Source: Arthrobacter sp. | GTDB taxonomy: Bacteria > Actinomycetota > Actinomycetes > Actinomycetales > Micrococcaceae | DNA: 64,000 nucleotides | Assembly: GCF_031179985.1 (NCBI RefSeq) | Contig: NZ_JAPSHJ010000013.1 | Location: forward strand, 12,710-76,709 | Direction: 5' to 3' | In this document: positions 29,112-39,237 of the stretch, in pieces | Layout: every line of letters begins with the position of its first letter | Position numbering within the stretch: the first letter of the stretch is position 1 | Notes under the pieces: generated by a model | The model's input: only the letters and a program-made list of their open reading frames with translations | Database searches by the model: none | What the model was told of the DNA's origin: nothing | Position numbers and translations under genes: made by a program

Positions 29112-30236
29112 CTAACTGCGGTTCCGCAGGGTTTGCCCCGGATCCAGTCCGCGTTGGCCAGCCAGCCTCGGCGCGGAGAGGGCAACATTCTGTTCGACCG
29201 GAATTCTGGCGAGGATTCCCCGGATCACACTTTGCGGGCTTTCGCCCGTGCTGGCAGCTTTCCGGTCCAGGATGATCCTGTGCGCGAGAACCGATTCGGC
29301 AATGCCCATCACATCATCCGGAAGAACAAAGTCCCTGCCTTCCAGCGCGGCTGTGGCCTTGGCGGCCCGCAGCAACTGAAGCAGGGAGCGTGGGCTCGCG
29401 CCGAGGCGCAGAAGGGCGCTTTCCCGGGTGGCCCGCCCGATGGCAACTGTATATTCCTTCACCGCCTGGGAAACGTAAACCTGCTGCACGGTGGTGATCA
29501 TTGCAGCGACGTCAGCCGCCGTAACCACAGCTGAGACGTTGGCCAGGGGAGAGGTCGCCTGATGCGTCTCCAGCATCTCTATTTCGGAGTCTTTATCCGG
29601 GTATCCCATGGAAATCCGTGCCATGAACCTGTCCCGCTGCGCTTCGGGAAGGGGGTAAGTTCCCTCCATCTCGATTGGATTTTGAGTGGCTACCACCATG
29701 AACGGCTCATCCAGATGGTAGGAATCCCCGTCCACCGTGACCTGGTGCTCTTCCATGCACTCCAGAAGTGCCGACTGGGTTTTGGCTGATGCCCGGTTGA
29801 TCTCATCGCCGATCACGATGTTTGCGAACACCGCTCCCGGCCGGAACTCGAAAAGCCGTGAGGCCTGGTTGTAGATGGATACGCCCGTGACGTCCGAGGG
29901 CAGTAGGTCCGGGGTGAACTGAATGCGGCTGACGGAACAGTCAATGGTGCGCGCCAGCGTCTTGGCCAGGAGCGTCTTGCCAACCCCCGGCACATCTTCC
30001 AGCAGCAGGTGGCCTTGGGCCAACAAAACGGTCAGGGCGAGCTTGGCGGCGTCTGCCTTCCCGTCGATCACAGTGTTGATCGCCGTCAGGATTCGCTCGC
30101 TGGCAGCGTGGAAGGCCTCGGCCCGCATCGCTGCGGGCCGGTGTCCGTTCACGTGCCCGGCAGTTGCCGCAGCAACAGCCAGGCCCTGCCTTTCGGCAAG
30201 CGCTTCATCTACGGTGATGTGTCGCTGGGGGTCCAT
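29112..30236 (-). CDS. MoxR-family AAA+ ATPase
   Basis: HLLLEDVPGVGKT, RIQFTPDLLPSD, DEINRASAKTQSALLE, ATQNPIEMEGTYPLPEAQRDRF; start moved to MDPQR (RBS GAAAGG). Confidence 0.96.
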   Translation of the reverse strand: MDPQRHITVDEALAERQGLAVAAATAGHVNGHRPAAMRAEAFHAASERILTAINTVIDGKADAAKLALTVLLAQGHLLLEDVPGVGKTLLAKTLARTIDCSVSRIQFTPDLLPSDVTGVSIYNQASRLFEFRPGAVFANIVIGDEINRASAKTQSALLECMEEHQVTVDGDSYHLDEPFMVVATQNPIEMEGTYPLPEAQRDRFMARISMGYPDKDSEIEMLETHQATSPLANVSAVVTAADVAAMITTVQQVYVSQAVKEYTVAIGRATRESALLRLGASPRSLLQLLRAAKATAALEGRDFVLPDDVMGIAESVLAHRIILDRKAASTGESPQSVIRGILARIPVEQNVALSAPRLAGQRGLDPGQTLRNRS

Positions 30237-30398
30237 CGGCAACCTTTCAGCCCTGGGGGAACTCGACGGGACGGCTGGGACAGCCGGCGCCCGCCAACGG
30301 GTGTGTGCCTGTCTTGGTACCAGACTACTAACACAACTGCCGGGCCTAACAGAGAGTTCCGGGTAAATCTGGGGACATCGCCCGGTTAAGGTAGAGGA

Positions 30399-31286
30399 AT
30401 GCTCAACCCGCTGACTCCCGTGCCCTTCCGTGAGCCTGGCAGCGACGGTTCCGGCAGGCACGGCTATCCGCCCGCGCCCGAACCGCTCCCCGTACCTGTC
30501 ATGGACAATCACACGCATCTGGATTTCCGTTCCGGATCCCTGACGGTGGACGCCTCTGCCGCCCTGGATGCGGCTGCAGCCGTTGGAGTCCAAGGGGCTG
30601 TCCAAGTGGGATGCGACCTTGAGTCCTCACGGTTTACGGTTCAGGCAGTGGAACGGGATTCCCGCCTCCTGGGCGCCGTGGCGATTCACCCCAATGACGC
30701 ACCCGAGTATGCCCGAAAAGGGGAACTCGAGGATGCCCTTTCGGAAATAGAAACGCTTGCTTCGCACCCCAGAATCCGTGCCATCGGCGAGACGGGGCTT
30801 GATTTCTTCCGTACGGAGGGGGAAGGCCTTGCCCATCAGCGCTACTCCTTCCGGCGCCACATTGATATCGCCAAGCGGCTGGACCTCACGCTGCAGATTC
30901 ACGACCGCGACGCCCATGACGACGTCGTTCAGGTGCTGAAGGAAGAAGGGGCCCCGTCCCGGGTGGTTTTCCACTGCTTTTCCGGCGGCGAGGACCTCGC
31001 GCGAATCTGCAACAACGAGGGCTGGTACATGTCCTTCGCCGGGACGCTGACCTTCAAGAGCGCCCGCGATCTCAGGAGCGCCCTTGCCATAGCCGAACCG
31101 GACCGGGTGTTGGTTGAAACCGATGCCCCTTACCTGACCCCGCACCCGTTCCGTGGCCGCCCGAATGCGAGCTACATGATTCCTTACACCGTCCGCGCGA
31201 TGGCGGAATTGACAGGCTCCGAGCTGTCCGGACTGTGCTCCGGAATTGCTGCAAATACCCTACGGGCTTACGGCTCCTGGGTGTGA
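30399..31286 (+). CDS. tatD: TatD-family deoxyribonuclease
   Basis: DNHTHLD, AVAIHPN, AIGETGLDF, LQIHDRDA, FHCFSG, VETDAPYLTP. Confidence 0.95.
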   Translation: MLNPLTPVPFREPGSDGSGRHGYPPAPEPLPVPVMDNHTHLDFRSGSLTVDASAALDAAAAVGVQGAVQVGCDLESSRFTVQAVERDSRLLGAVAIHPNDAPEYARKGELEDALSEIETLASHPRIRAIGETGLDFFRTEGEGLAHQRYSFRRHIDIAKRLDLTLQIHDRDAHDDVVQVLKEEGAPSRVVFHCFSGGEDLARICNNEGWYMSFAGTLTFKSARDLRSALAIAEPDRVLVETDAPYLTPHPFRGRPNASYMIPYTVRAMAELTGSELSGLCSGIAANTLRAYGSWV

Positions 31287-31347
31287 ACGGCTGCCCTTCC
31301 TGAGGGGACGCTGGCTATACCGAGTATGCAAAATTCTTGGTGGCTTT

Positions 31348-31366
31348 ATAACGCTTCGGTTACAGT
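31348..31366 (+). promoter_or_regulatory. Possible OmpR-family (MtrA/GlnR-like) direct repeat ATAAC-N6-GTTAC overlapping a TACAGT -10 element upstream of rpfB
   Basis: ATAACgcttcgGTTACAGT; 11-bp spacing of GTNAC-like half sites. Confidence 0.35.
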
Positions 31367-31580
31367 GGACAATTATTAGCCGGGGTCGGGGAAGGCCTTC
31401 GGATAATTCACTGGTCTCCGCGCCGCACCGTTCGCGCGCGCGGGGAGCTCAAGTGTGGCGGCGCACAGGCGTGCTGCAAGCTTTCGGACATCGTCCGGCT
31501 TTGCCCTGAGGGCAATCGAGTTTGCAACAGGCGTGTGCGTTATTCCCCGTGCCCGGATGGTTCAAAAGTTACGGGCAATC

Positions 31581-32738
31581 GTGGTCAAACTATTCACTTC
31601 CGACGGCAAGCTAAGCGTCGTCAAGGTCGGTACACAGCTTGTGGTGCTTGTTGCACTCGTTCTGGGACTCGTGGCCTTTGTCGGCAACAACAAAACAATC
31701 ACCTTGAACGTTGACGGCCAGGTAAGCTCCGTCCAGACATTCGGAGGCACCGTTGGTCAAGTGGTAAAGGCCGCCAAGGTGGAACTGCAGGCAGCAGACC
31801 GTGTATCCCCCTCGGCGGATGCCATGGTTGAAAACGGCTCAGTCATCAACATCAACCGCGTCAAGGCAGTGAAAATCAACCTGGACGGCGCGGAAAAGAC
31901 TGTCAGCACCACTTCTGCAAACGTGGAAGGCCTCGTCACCGAGCTTGGGGTTGCCAGCTCATCCTCCGTGTCTGTTCCGAAGGATTCGCAACTGGCTGTG
32001 TCGGGATCAATTGTCACTATCTCCACGCCGAAGAACGTGAGCATTGTGGCAGACGGCAAAGCGAGCAAAACCACCACCACAGCTCCCACCGTCGCTGACG
32101 TTCTCGAGGATGCCGGCATCGTCCTCGGCGCAAGCGACCGCAGTTCACAGCCCGCTCACGCGCCGGTTGTAAGCGACATGGTCATCAAGGTTTCCCGGGT
32201 TGACGCCAGCAAGACCGCCACCACCTCCGAAGAGATCCCTTTCGAGACCCTGTCTTCGGAAAGCGCTGACCTGCCTAAGGGAGAGAGGAAGGTCACCCAG
32301 GCCGGCGCCGCCGGCAAGGTTGACAAGACCTTCAAGCTGGTTCTTGTTGATGGACGCGAAGCCTCCCGGACCCTCGTCTCCGAGAACGTCACTTCCCAGC
32401 CCGTCACTGAAAAAGTGACTGTAGGCACCAAAGTGGCCGCGCCTGTAGCGGCCCCGGCCGGCACCAGCACCGGGGCAGCGGCTCCGGCAATGATGAATGA
32501 AGCGATGTGGGACAAGATCGCCCAGTGCGAGTCCGGTGGAAACTGGTCCATCAACACCGGGAACGGCTACTACGGCGGACTTCAGTTCGATATCCAGACC
32601 TGGATCGGTTCAGGCGGCGGGGCCTACGCGTCAAATGCAAGCCTGGCAACAAAAGCCCAGCAGATCGACATCGCCAACCGCGTCTATGCGCAGCGTGGAC
32701 TCCAGCCTTGGGGTTGCGGCTGGGCAGCCTCCAGCTGA
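31581..32738 (+). CDS. rpfB: RpfB-type resuscitation-promoting factor (DUF348 x3, G5, lytic transglycosylase); alternative start ATG 31557
   Basis: TM helix, three ubiquitin-like repeats, G5 (TQAGAAG..V.VGT), WDKIAQCESGGNWSINTGNGYYGGLQF..QGLQPWGC; tatD-rpfB-rsmA-ispE order. Confidence 0.93.
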   Translation: MVKLFTSDGKLSVVKVGTQLVVLVALVLGLVAFVGNNKTITLNVDGQVSSVQTFGGTVGQVVKAAKVELQAADRVSPSADAMVENGSVININRVKAVKINLDGAEKTVSTTSANVEGLVTELGVASSSSVSVPKDSQLAVSGSIVTISTPKNVSIVADGKASKTTTTAPTVADVLEDAGIVLGASDRSSQPAHAPVVSDMVIKVSRVDASKTATTSEEIPFETLSSESADLPKGERKVTQAGAAGKVDKTFKLVLVDGREASRTLVSENVTSQPVTEKVTVGTKVAAPVAAPAGTSTGAAAPAMMNEAMWDKIAQCESGGNWSINTGNGYYGGLQFDIQTWIGSGGGAYASNASLATKAQQIDIANRVYAQRGLQPWGCGWAASS

Positions 32739-32801
32739 CGAGCTCAAGCAAGTAAAGAAGGCAGGTCCCTTACCGCAGCTGACCACAGTGGTAATGGACT
32801 C

Positions 32802-32836
32802 AAGGCCGGGCCGGGATCCATCCGGGCCCGGCCTTT
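32802..32836 (+). terminator. GC-rich hairpin between rpfB and rsmA
   Basis: AAGGCCGGGCCGGGA..TCCGGGCCCGGCCTT, one mismatch, short T run. Confidence 0.55.
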
Positions 32837-32886
32837 CCCGTCTCCACGGCCACGGCCGGCCTGGCCTGGCGGGATAGGATACCTAG

Positions 32887-33777
32887 GTGACTGAACCGAC
32901 TCCCGCTACGCCCGGCACCGCGGCGCCCGCACCCCTTTTGGGCGCCTCCGACATCCGCAGGCTTGCTGAGGAGATCGGGGTCCGTCCCACCAAGACCCTC
33001 GGTCAGAACTTCGTCATTGACGGAAACACCATCCGCCGAATCGTTTCTGTGGCCGGTATTCATGCTGATGAAACAGTGCTTGAGGTTGGCCCGGGACTCG
33101 GCTCATTGACCCTGGGCCTGCTGGACGCAGCCAAAGCCGTTGTCGCCGTCGAAATTGATCCTGTGTTGGCGGGAAAACTGCCGGAAACCGTGAATGCGTG
33201 GCGTCCCCACGCGGCCGATGACTTCCACCTGGTACTTGCGGACGCCATGAAGGTGACAAGCCTGCCGGTGGAACCGACCGCGTTGGTGGCCAACCTGCCA
33301 TACAACGTGGCGGTACCCGTGGTGCTTCACCTCCTGCAGCACTTCCCAAGCCTTCGGCACGGTCTGGTGATGGTCCAGGATGAAGTGGCAGACCGTTTGG
33401 CTGCCGGCCCTGGCTCGAAGACCTACGGCGTGCCGTCCGTGAAGGCTGCCTGGTACAGCAGCATGCGGAAGGCCGGCGTGATCGGCATGAACGTTTTCTG
33501 GCCTGCTCCGAAGATCAGCTCGGGCCTCGTCTCCTTCACCCGCCGGGAAGCCCCCGTGACAACGGCCACCCGGGAACAGGTGTTCGCAGTCATAGATGCA
33601 GCGTTCGCGCAGCGCCGCAAAACCCTGCGAGCTGCCCTCGCCGGATGGGCCGGAAGCGCGGCGGAAGCCGAACGGTGCTTGCGGGCGGCAGGCATCGACC
33701 CTTCAGCGCGCGGCGAGGTCATAGATATCACCGCCTTTGCCAGGATCGCGGAAGCCCATGCGATCCAGGGAGTGTGA
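32887..33777 (+). CDS. rsmA: 16S rRNA adenine dimethyltransferase (KsgA)
   Basis: [43 protein letters not shown]. Confidence 0.98.
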   Translation: MTEPTPATPGTAAPAPLLGASDIRRLAEEIGVRPTKTLGQNFVIDGNTIRRIVSVAGIHADETVLEVGPGLGSLTLGLLDAAKAVVAVEIDPVLAGKLPETVNAWRPHAADDFHLVLADAMKVTSLPVEPTALVANLPYNVAVPVVLHLLQHFPSLRHGLVMVQDEVADRLAAGPGSKTYGVPSVKAAWYSSMRKAGVIGMNVFWPAPKISSGLVSFTRREAPVTTATREQVFAVIDAAFAQRRKTLRAALAGWAGSAAEAERCLRAAGIDPSARGEVIDITAFARIAEAHAIQGV

Positions 33778-33834
33778 GTCCCTGTGCCCCGGTCTTTCTT
33801 GGAGCGCCGCCCTGCAATGCCATAGCTTGGACTC

Positions 33835-34797
33835 ATGAACGCAGTGAGAGGGCGCTTTGCAGCACGTACTGTTCGGGCCAAGGCTCCGGGCAAGGTCAAC
33901 GTCTCACTGGGTGTAGGACCCCTGCGGGAAGACGGCTATCACTCAGTCGCAAGCGTTTATCTGGCTGTTTCCCTCTATGAAGAAGTAGCTGCCACCAGTA
34001 CGGCAACCCCTGGGATAACAGTCAGTATTGCCCCGGCCAGCACTTTGGACCTTGACGACGTGGACATTCCCCTCGACGAGCAGAACCTTGCCTACAAGGC
34101 TGCGGCGATCATGGCCGATGTGTCCGAGCACTCTACCGGCGTGCATCTGGAAATCACCAAGCGGGTACCTGTTGCGGGCGGAATGGGAGGCGGTTCTGCC
34201 GATGCCGCAGCCACCCTGGTGGCCTGCGACGCTCTGTGGAACAGCGGACTTTCCCGTGACGAACTCGCTCATCTGGCGGCTGAGCTTGGCGCCGACGTAC
34301 CGTTTTCGCTGCTCGGCGGAACGGCTGTGGGGCTCGGGGTGGGCGATGAACTCTCTCCCGCCCTCGCCAAGGCGCAAACGGACTGGGTGCTTGTAACAGC
34401 GGATTTTGGCCTGCCCACTCCTGAGGTTTTCCGGACCCTGGATAAGTTGCGCGATGCGGAAGGACTTCCGGTTGAGGAGCCCACCGCCGTCGATCCAAAG
34501 ATCCTCAAGGCACTGCGGAGCGGAGACGCCGACGCCCTTAGCCGCGTAATGGTCAATGACCTGCAGCGCGCCTCGTTTGAACTGGCGCCCGGGCTGCGGG
34601 ATATCCTTGGACTCGGTGAATCCCGTGGTGCCATCGCCGGCCTCGTGTCCGGCTCCGGTCCAACGGTGGCGTTGCTGGCACATAATCCTGCTGCGGCAGA
34701 AGGCCTGGCGGAAGATCTTCGCCACCATGGCCTCAATGCCCAGGCTGTCCATGGCCCTGTACACGGTGCGCGCATCATCTCCGATACGCTCCTTTAG
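33835..34797 (+). CDS. ispE: 4-diphosphocytidyl-2-C-methyl-D-erythritol kinase
   Basis: APGKVNVSL, GYHSVASV, KRVPVAGGMGGGSADAA, LGADVPF, NDLQ, VSGSGPT. Confidence 0.97.
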   Translation: MNAVRGRFAARTVRAKAPGKVNVSLGVGPLREDGYHSVASVYLAVSLYEEVAATSTATPGITVSIAPASTLDLDDVDIPLDEQNLAYKAAAIMADVSEHSTGVHLEITKRVPVAGGMGGGSADAAATLVACDALWNSGLSRDELAHLAAELGADVPFSLLGGTAVGLGVGDELSPALAKAQTDWVLVTADFGLPTPEVFRTLDKLRDAEGLPVEEPTAVDPKILKALRSGDADALSRVMVNDLQRASFELAPGLRDILGLGESRGAIAGLVSGSGPTVALLAHNPAAAEGLAEDLRHHGLNAQAVHGPVHGARIISDTLL

Positions 34798-34841
34798 TAG
34801 CTTTTGACAGTTTTGACCTTTTCCTAAGAAAGCAGTTCCCA

Positions 34842-36668
34842 GTGGCACACCTGCTCGGCGGCGAGAACCTCTCGGTCTCGTATGCAACCCGCACCGTCCT
34901 CGACGGCGTTACCCTCGGCCTCGAGGAGGGCGACCGGATCGGCATGGTGGGGCGCAACGGTGACGGCAAATCGACCCTGATGCGGCTTCTTTCGATGCGC
35001 TCCACCCCCGATTCAGGCCGGGTGACCAAGCGGGGCGACGTCAATGTGGGCTATCTGGACCAGAGTGATGTGCTCGACGGCGACCTGACGGTGGGGGCCG
35101 CCATAGTGGGGGATCAGGCCGACTACGAGTGGGCCCGCAACCCCCAGATTCGCGAAGTCATGGGAGGACTCGTCTCCGACGTCGACTGGCACGCAAACGT
35201 CCACGCTCTTTCCGGCGGCCAAAAGCGACGGGTAGCGCTGGCCAAGCTGCTGATCGAAGACCACGACGTCATCATGCTTGATGAGCCAACCAACCATCTC
35301 GACGTCGAAGGCGTCGCCTGGCTCTCGCGACACCTCAAGACCCGGTGGCGGGTCAACCAGGGCGCGTTCCTGGTGGTTACCCACGACCGTTGGTTCCTTG
35401 ACGAAGTCTGCACCAAGACCTGGGAAGTCCACGACGGTATCGTGGATCCGTTTGACGGCGGCTACGCCGCCTACGTATTGGCCCGCGCCGAACGCGACCG
35501 GTCCGCTTCCGTGATGGAAAGCAAGCGGCAGCAGCTCGTTAAAAAGGAACTTGCCTGGCTGAGGCGAGGTGCACCGGCCCGGACCGCCAAACCCAAGTTC
35601 AGGATCGAAGCGGCCAATGAGCTGATCGCCGACGTCCCTGAGCCCCGGGATTCGATGGCACTGAGCAAGATGGCCACCGCCCGCCTGGGCAAGGACGTTT
35701 TGGATCTGGAGAATGTCACCCTGGACTTCCTGGGCGGGCAACCCGGCCAGAAACTCTTCGACAACATCACCCTGCGGCTGGCTCCCGGCGAGCGGCTGGG
35801 CCTGGTGGGCGTGAACGGCGCCGGAAAAACGACGCTCCTGAAACTGCTCAATGGAGAGATCCAGCCGACGTCCGGAAAGGTCAAGCGCGGCAAGACAGTT
35901 GTCACGGCTGTTTTGACCCAGGAGGTCAAGGAGCTCGACGACGTCGCCGACCTTCGCGTCATTGAGGTGATTGAGCGCGAAAAGCGCTCCTTCAACGTGG
36001 GCGGCAAGGAATTCACAGCCGGCCAGCTCGTGGAGCAGTTGGGCTTCACCAACCAGAAGCAGTGGACACCAGTGCGCGACCTCTCGGGTGGAGAACGACG
36101 ACGTCTGCAGCTCCTGCGGCTGCTGGTGGGCGAGCCCAATGTGCTCATGCTGGATGAGCCCACCAACGACCTCGATACCGATACCCTTGCAGCCGTCGAG
36201 GATGTCCTCGACGGCTGGCCGGGTACCCTGGTTGTGGTCAGCCACGACCGCTACCTGCTGGAACGCGCCACCGATCACCAGATGGCACTGCTGGGCGACG
36301 GCAAGATCCGCGCCCTGCCCCGCGGCGTGGATCAGTACCTGGAACTGCGGGAATCGGCGCTTGCAGGTTCCACCATCACAGGAGGCGGCAATCCCGTGAT
36401 CGCTGCAAGCGGCAGCACCGCTCCGGCGGCCCCCGGTGCGTCCGAAGCTGAGAAGCGGGACGCCCGCAAGGCCAAGAACAGGATCGAACGCCAGCTGGGC
36501 AAAGTCAGCCAGCAAGAGGAAAAGATCCACGCCCAGATGGTTAAGAGCACGTCCGATAACGACTTCGACTCCATGGCTGAGCTCAACAAGAAGCTGAAGA
36601 CACTGGCCGACGACCGGGAAGCCCTCGAGCTCGAATGGCTCGAAGCCCTGGAAGTCCTCGGAGAGTAA
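34842..36668 (+). CDS. ABC-F family ATPase (Uup-like)
   Basis: Two ABC domains (GRNGDGKS/LSGGQ/LDEPTNH; GVNGAGKT/LSGGE/LDEPTND), no TM, C-terminal coiled coil. Confidence 0.95.
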   Translation: MAHLLGGENLSVSYATRTVLDGVTLGLEEGDRIGMVGRNGDGKSTLMRLLSMRSTPDSGRVTKRGDVNVGYLDQSDVLDGDLTVGAAIVGDQADYEWARNPQIREVMGGLVSDVDWHANVHALSGGQKRRVALAKLLIEDHDVIMLDEPTNHLDVEGVAWLSRHLKTRWRVNQGAFLVVTHDRWFLDEVCTKTWEVHDGIVDPFDGGYAAYVLARAERDRSASVMESKRQQLVKKELAWLRRGAPARTAKPKFRIEAANELIADVPEPRDSMALSKMATARLGKDVLDLENVTLDFLGGQPGQKLFDNITLRLAPGERLGLVGVNGAGKTTLLKLLNGEIQPTSGKVKRGKTVVTAVLTQEVKELDDVADLRVIEVIEREKRSFNVGGKEFTAGQLVEQLGFTNQKQWTPVRDLSGGERRRLQLLRLLVGEPNVLMLDEPTNDLDTDTLAAVEDVLDGWPGTLVVVSHDRYLLERATDHQMALLGDGKIRALPRGVDQYLELRESALAGSTITGGGNPVIAASGSTAPAAPGASEAEKRDARKAKNRIERQLGKVSQQEEKIHAQMVKSTSDNDFDSMAELNKKLKTLADDREALELEWLEALEVLGE

Positions 36669-36692
36669 GCAAGCGTCGGGGGCCCGGGCGGG

Positions 36693-37379
36693 CTAGTCCT
36701 CGCTGTGGAGCTCTGGTTCCTTTTGCAGGCCTGTCAGACCGTTCCAGGCCAGGTTCACGAGGTGGGCGGCTACTTCGCGTTTGTCCGGCTGCCGGCTGTC
36801 CTGCCACCACTGCCCGGTCATTGCCACCATGCCCACCAGCATCTGGGCGTACATTGCGCCATCCGCCGAGCTGAAGCCGCGGCGGGCAAATTCGTCGGCA
36901 AGGATATGCTCCACGCGTGCAGTGACATGGGAAAGCAAGGTGGAGAAGGCGCCCTCCGGCTGGGACGGCGGCGCGTCGCGCATCAGGATTCTGAAGCCGT
37001 CCGTCCGGTCCTCGATATAGGTAAGGAGGGCCAATGCGGCACGTTCCACCAAAACCCGGGGCTTGGCTTCCTCGGTCAGGGCTTCATTGATGGACGCCAG
37101 GAGGATGCGGAACTCACCTTCCACCACTTGCGTGTAGAGGCCCTCCTTGGATCCGAAGTGCTCATAGATGACCGGCTTGGATACACCTGCAGCCGCAGCG
37201 ATTTCCTCAATCGTGGTTCCATCAAGGCCTCGGACCGCGAAAAGCCCGCGTCCCACTTCAATCAGCTGGGTGCGCCGCTGCAGACCTGTCATTCGGGAGC
37301 GCGGGGTGTGGCGGGGGTCCCCGGCCGGCGTGCCGGTGGGGTTCTGCGCCCCGCGGGGCATGCCTGCGCTCTTGCTCAC
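36693..37379 (-). CDS. TetR-family transcriptional regulator
   Basis: RMTGLQRRTQLIEVGRGLFA..TTIEEIAAAAGVSKPVIYEHFGSKEGLY; start moved to GTG 37379 because the longer ORF spans the tRNA. Confidence 0.93.
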   Translation of the reverse strand: MSKSAGMPRGAQNPTGTPAGDPRHTPRSRMTGLQRRTQLIEVGRGLFAVRGLDGTTIEEIAAAAGVSKPVIYEHFGSKEGLYTQVVEGEFRILLASINEALTEEAKPRVLVERAALALLTYIEDRTDGFRILMRDAPPSQPEGAFSTLLSHVTARVEHILADEFARRGFSSADGAMYAQMLVGMVAMTGQWWQDSRQPDKREVAAHLVNLAWNGLTGLQKEPELHSED

Positions 37380-37501
37380 TGCTCCATCATGCCCTATAAG
37401 GCGTGGTGGCCGGGGGAGGGTTTGGGGTGCTGAGTCGCGTGTGCGCCGACGTTCATGGCAGAATTGATTCTCGTGCCGCGGGGCTTCACCCCGAGGCGCG
37501 G

Positions 37502-37573
37502 TCCGCTCTGGTGTAATGGCAGCACCCCGGCCTTTGGAGCCGTGGAGTATAGGTTCGAATCCTATGGGCGGAA
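37502..37573 (+). tRNA. tRNA-Gln (UUG), CCA not encoded
   Basis: Acceptor TCCGCTC/GGGCGGA with U1-A72, D-arm GTG/CAC, anticodon loop CT-TTG-GA, T-arm ATAGG-TTCGAAT-CCTAT; usual position upstream of glmU. Confidence 0.95.
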
Positions 37574-37746
37574 CTGCCGCAGTAGCCGGGTTACCGGAAA
37601 CCCGGGCCGGTATGAAAGCGTGTCCAGTAGGATGATCTTGATGCCGCGACCGGACTGCAGCTCCGGATCGCATGCCGCATCATAGGCCAGCACGAAGCAC
37701 ACTGAACGCGCGATCCACTGAGCAATCTAGCAAGGAGACTCTGTAC

Positions 37747-39237
37747 GTGAGCCCCGTAAATACTGGTCCCGCCGCCGTGATCGTCCTGGCTGCAGGTGCC
37801 GGTACCCGGATGAAATCGCGCACACCAAAAATCCTTCACGAAATTGGCGGACGTTCGCTTGTGGGGCACGCCCTCCACACGGCCCGCTCCGTCAACCCGA
37901 AGCAGCTGGCTCTGGTGGTCCGCCATGAACGTGATCTTGTCGCTTCCCACCTGAATGAGCTGGATCCTTCCGCGTTGATCGTGGATCAGGACGAACTTCC
38001 CGGCACTGGCCGCGCAGTCGAAGTTGCCTTGGAGGCCCTGGACAGCACCGCGCCGCTCACCGGAACTGTTGTAGTCACTTACGGGGATGTCCCGCTCCTG
38101 ACCGGGGAACTGCTCTCCGACCTGATTTCGGTCCACGAATCGGAGGGAAATGCTGTCACTGTGCTGACGGCTGTACTCGAGGACGCCACAGGTTACGGCC
38201 GGATTCTCCGGGACCTCGATGGCACAGTCGCAGGGATCCGCGAACACAAAGATGCTTCCGACGTCGAGCTGGGCATAAAAGAGATCAATTCCGGAATCTA
38301 CGCCTTCGACGCTGCGGTCCTGCGGGATTCATTGCGCCACATCACCACGGACAATGCCCAGGGCGAGAAGTACCTCACCGATGTCCTCGGTCTGGCCCGG
38401 GCTGCAGGCGGACGCGTGGCGGCGGTGGTCACCTCTGACCGCTGGCAGGTTGAAGGCGCGAATGACAGGGTCCAGCTCTCCGCGCTGGGTGCGGAGCACA
38501 ACCGCCGCATTGTCGAGGCGTGGATGCGCGCAGGAGTCACCGTTGTTGACCCCGCGACGACCTGGATCGACTCGACCGTGATGATTGAGGAAGATGTGCG
38601 GCTGCTGCCCAACACCCAGCTTCACGGCGCCACGCACGTGGCGAGGGACGCCGTGGTCGGCCCCGATACCACGTTGACCGACGTGACCGTGGGGGAGGGC
38701 GCCACCGTCGTCCGTACCCACGGCTCCGGGGCGGTTCTTGGAGCCGGTTCGAACGTCGGGCCGTTTACCTACCTCCGTCCTGGTACCGTCCTGGGTGAGA
38801 CGGGCAAGATCGGCGCGTTCTACGAAACCAAAAACGTCACGATCGGACGCGGCTCTAAACTTTCCCATCTTGGTTATGCCGGTGACGCTGAGATCGGTGA
38901 AGACACCAACATCGGCTGCGGGAACATCACCGCAAATTACGACGGCGAGAAAAAGCACCGCACGGTGATCGGCTCCGGTGTACGGACAGGTTCAAATACA
39001 GTTTTCGTGGCCCCTGTCGAGGTAGGCAACGGCGCCTACACCGGAGCGGGTGCCGTCGTGCGGCAGAACGTTCCCGCCGGCGCACTGGCACTGTCGCTGG
39101 CCAAGCAGCGCAACGCCGAAGGCTGGGTGGCGGCAAACAGGCCAGGCAGCGTCTCGGCAAAGCTGGCGGAAGAAGCAGCCCACCGCGAAGATTCCTCAAA
39201 CACTCCGGCATCAACAGAAGAGGGCAAGCAACCATGA
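37747..39237 (+). CDS. glmU: Bifunctional UDP-GlcNAc pyrophosphorylase/glucosamine-1-P acetyltransferase
   Basis: LAAGAGTRMKS, GTGRAV, YGDVPL, EINSGIY, GEKYLTD, hexapeptide repeats, TANYDG; RBS AAGGAG. Confidence 0.98.
   Translation: MSPVNTGPAAVIVLAAGAGTRMKSRTPKILHEIGGRSLVGHALHTARSVNPKQLALVVRHERDLVASHLNELDPSALIVDQDELPGTGRAVEVALEALDSTAPLTGTVVVTYGDVPLLTGELLSDLISVHESEGNAVTVLTAVLEDATGYGRILRDLDGTVAGIREHKDASDVELGIKEINSGIYAFDAAVLRDSLRHITTDNAQGEKYLTDVLGLARAAGGRVAAVVTSDRWQVEGANDRVQLSALGAEHNRRIVEAWMRAGVTVVDPATTWIDSTVMIEEDVRLLPNTQLHGATHVARDAVVGPDTTLTDVTVGEGATVVRTHGSGAVLGAGSNVGPFTYLRPGTVLGETGKIGAFYETKNVTIGRGSKLSHLGYAGDAEIGEDTNIGCGNITANYDGEKKHRTVIGSGVRTGSNTVFVAPVEVGNGAYTGAGAVVRQNVPAGALALSLAKQRNAEGWVAANRPGSVSAKLAEEAAHREDSSNTPASTEEGKQP

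Noticed and set aside
37527-37544. C-U mismatch at the top of the tRNA anticodon stem suggesting a pseudo-tRNA
   Set aside because: All other arms and the U1-A72 identity pair are intact; single 27-43 mismatches are tolerated.
37380-37673. N-terminal extension of the TetR ORF (326 aa in the track)
   Set aside because: It runs across the tRNA-Gln gene; a CATGAT-N6-GTG start at 37379 is more plausible.
37502-37746. tRNA-Gln as an integration site for a mobile element
   Set aside because: No integrase, no duplicated tRNA 3' end, and the core tRNA-glmU-prs order is intact.
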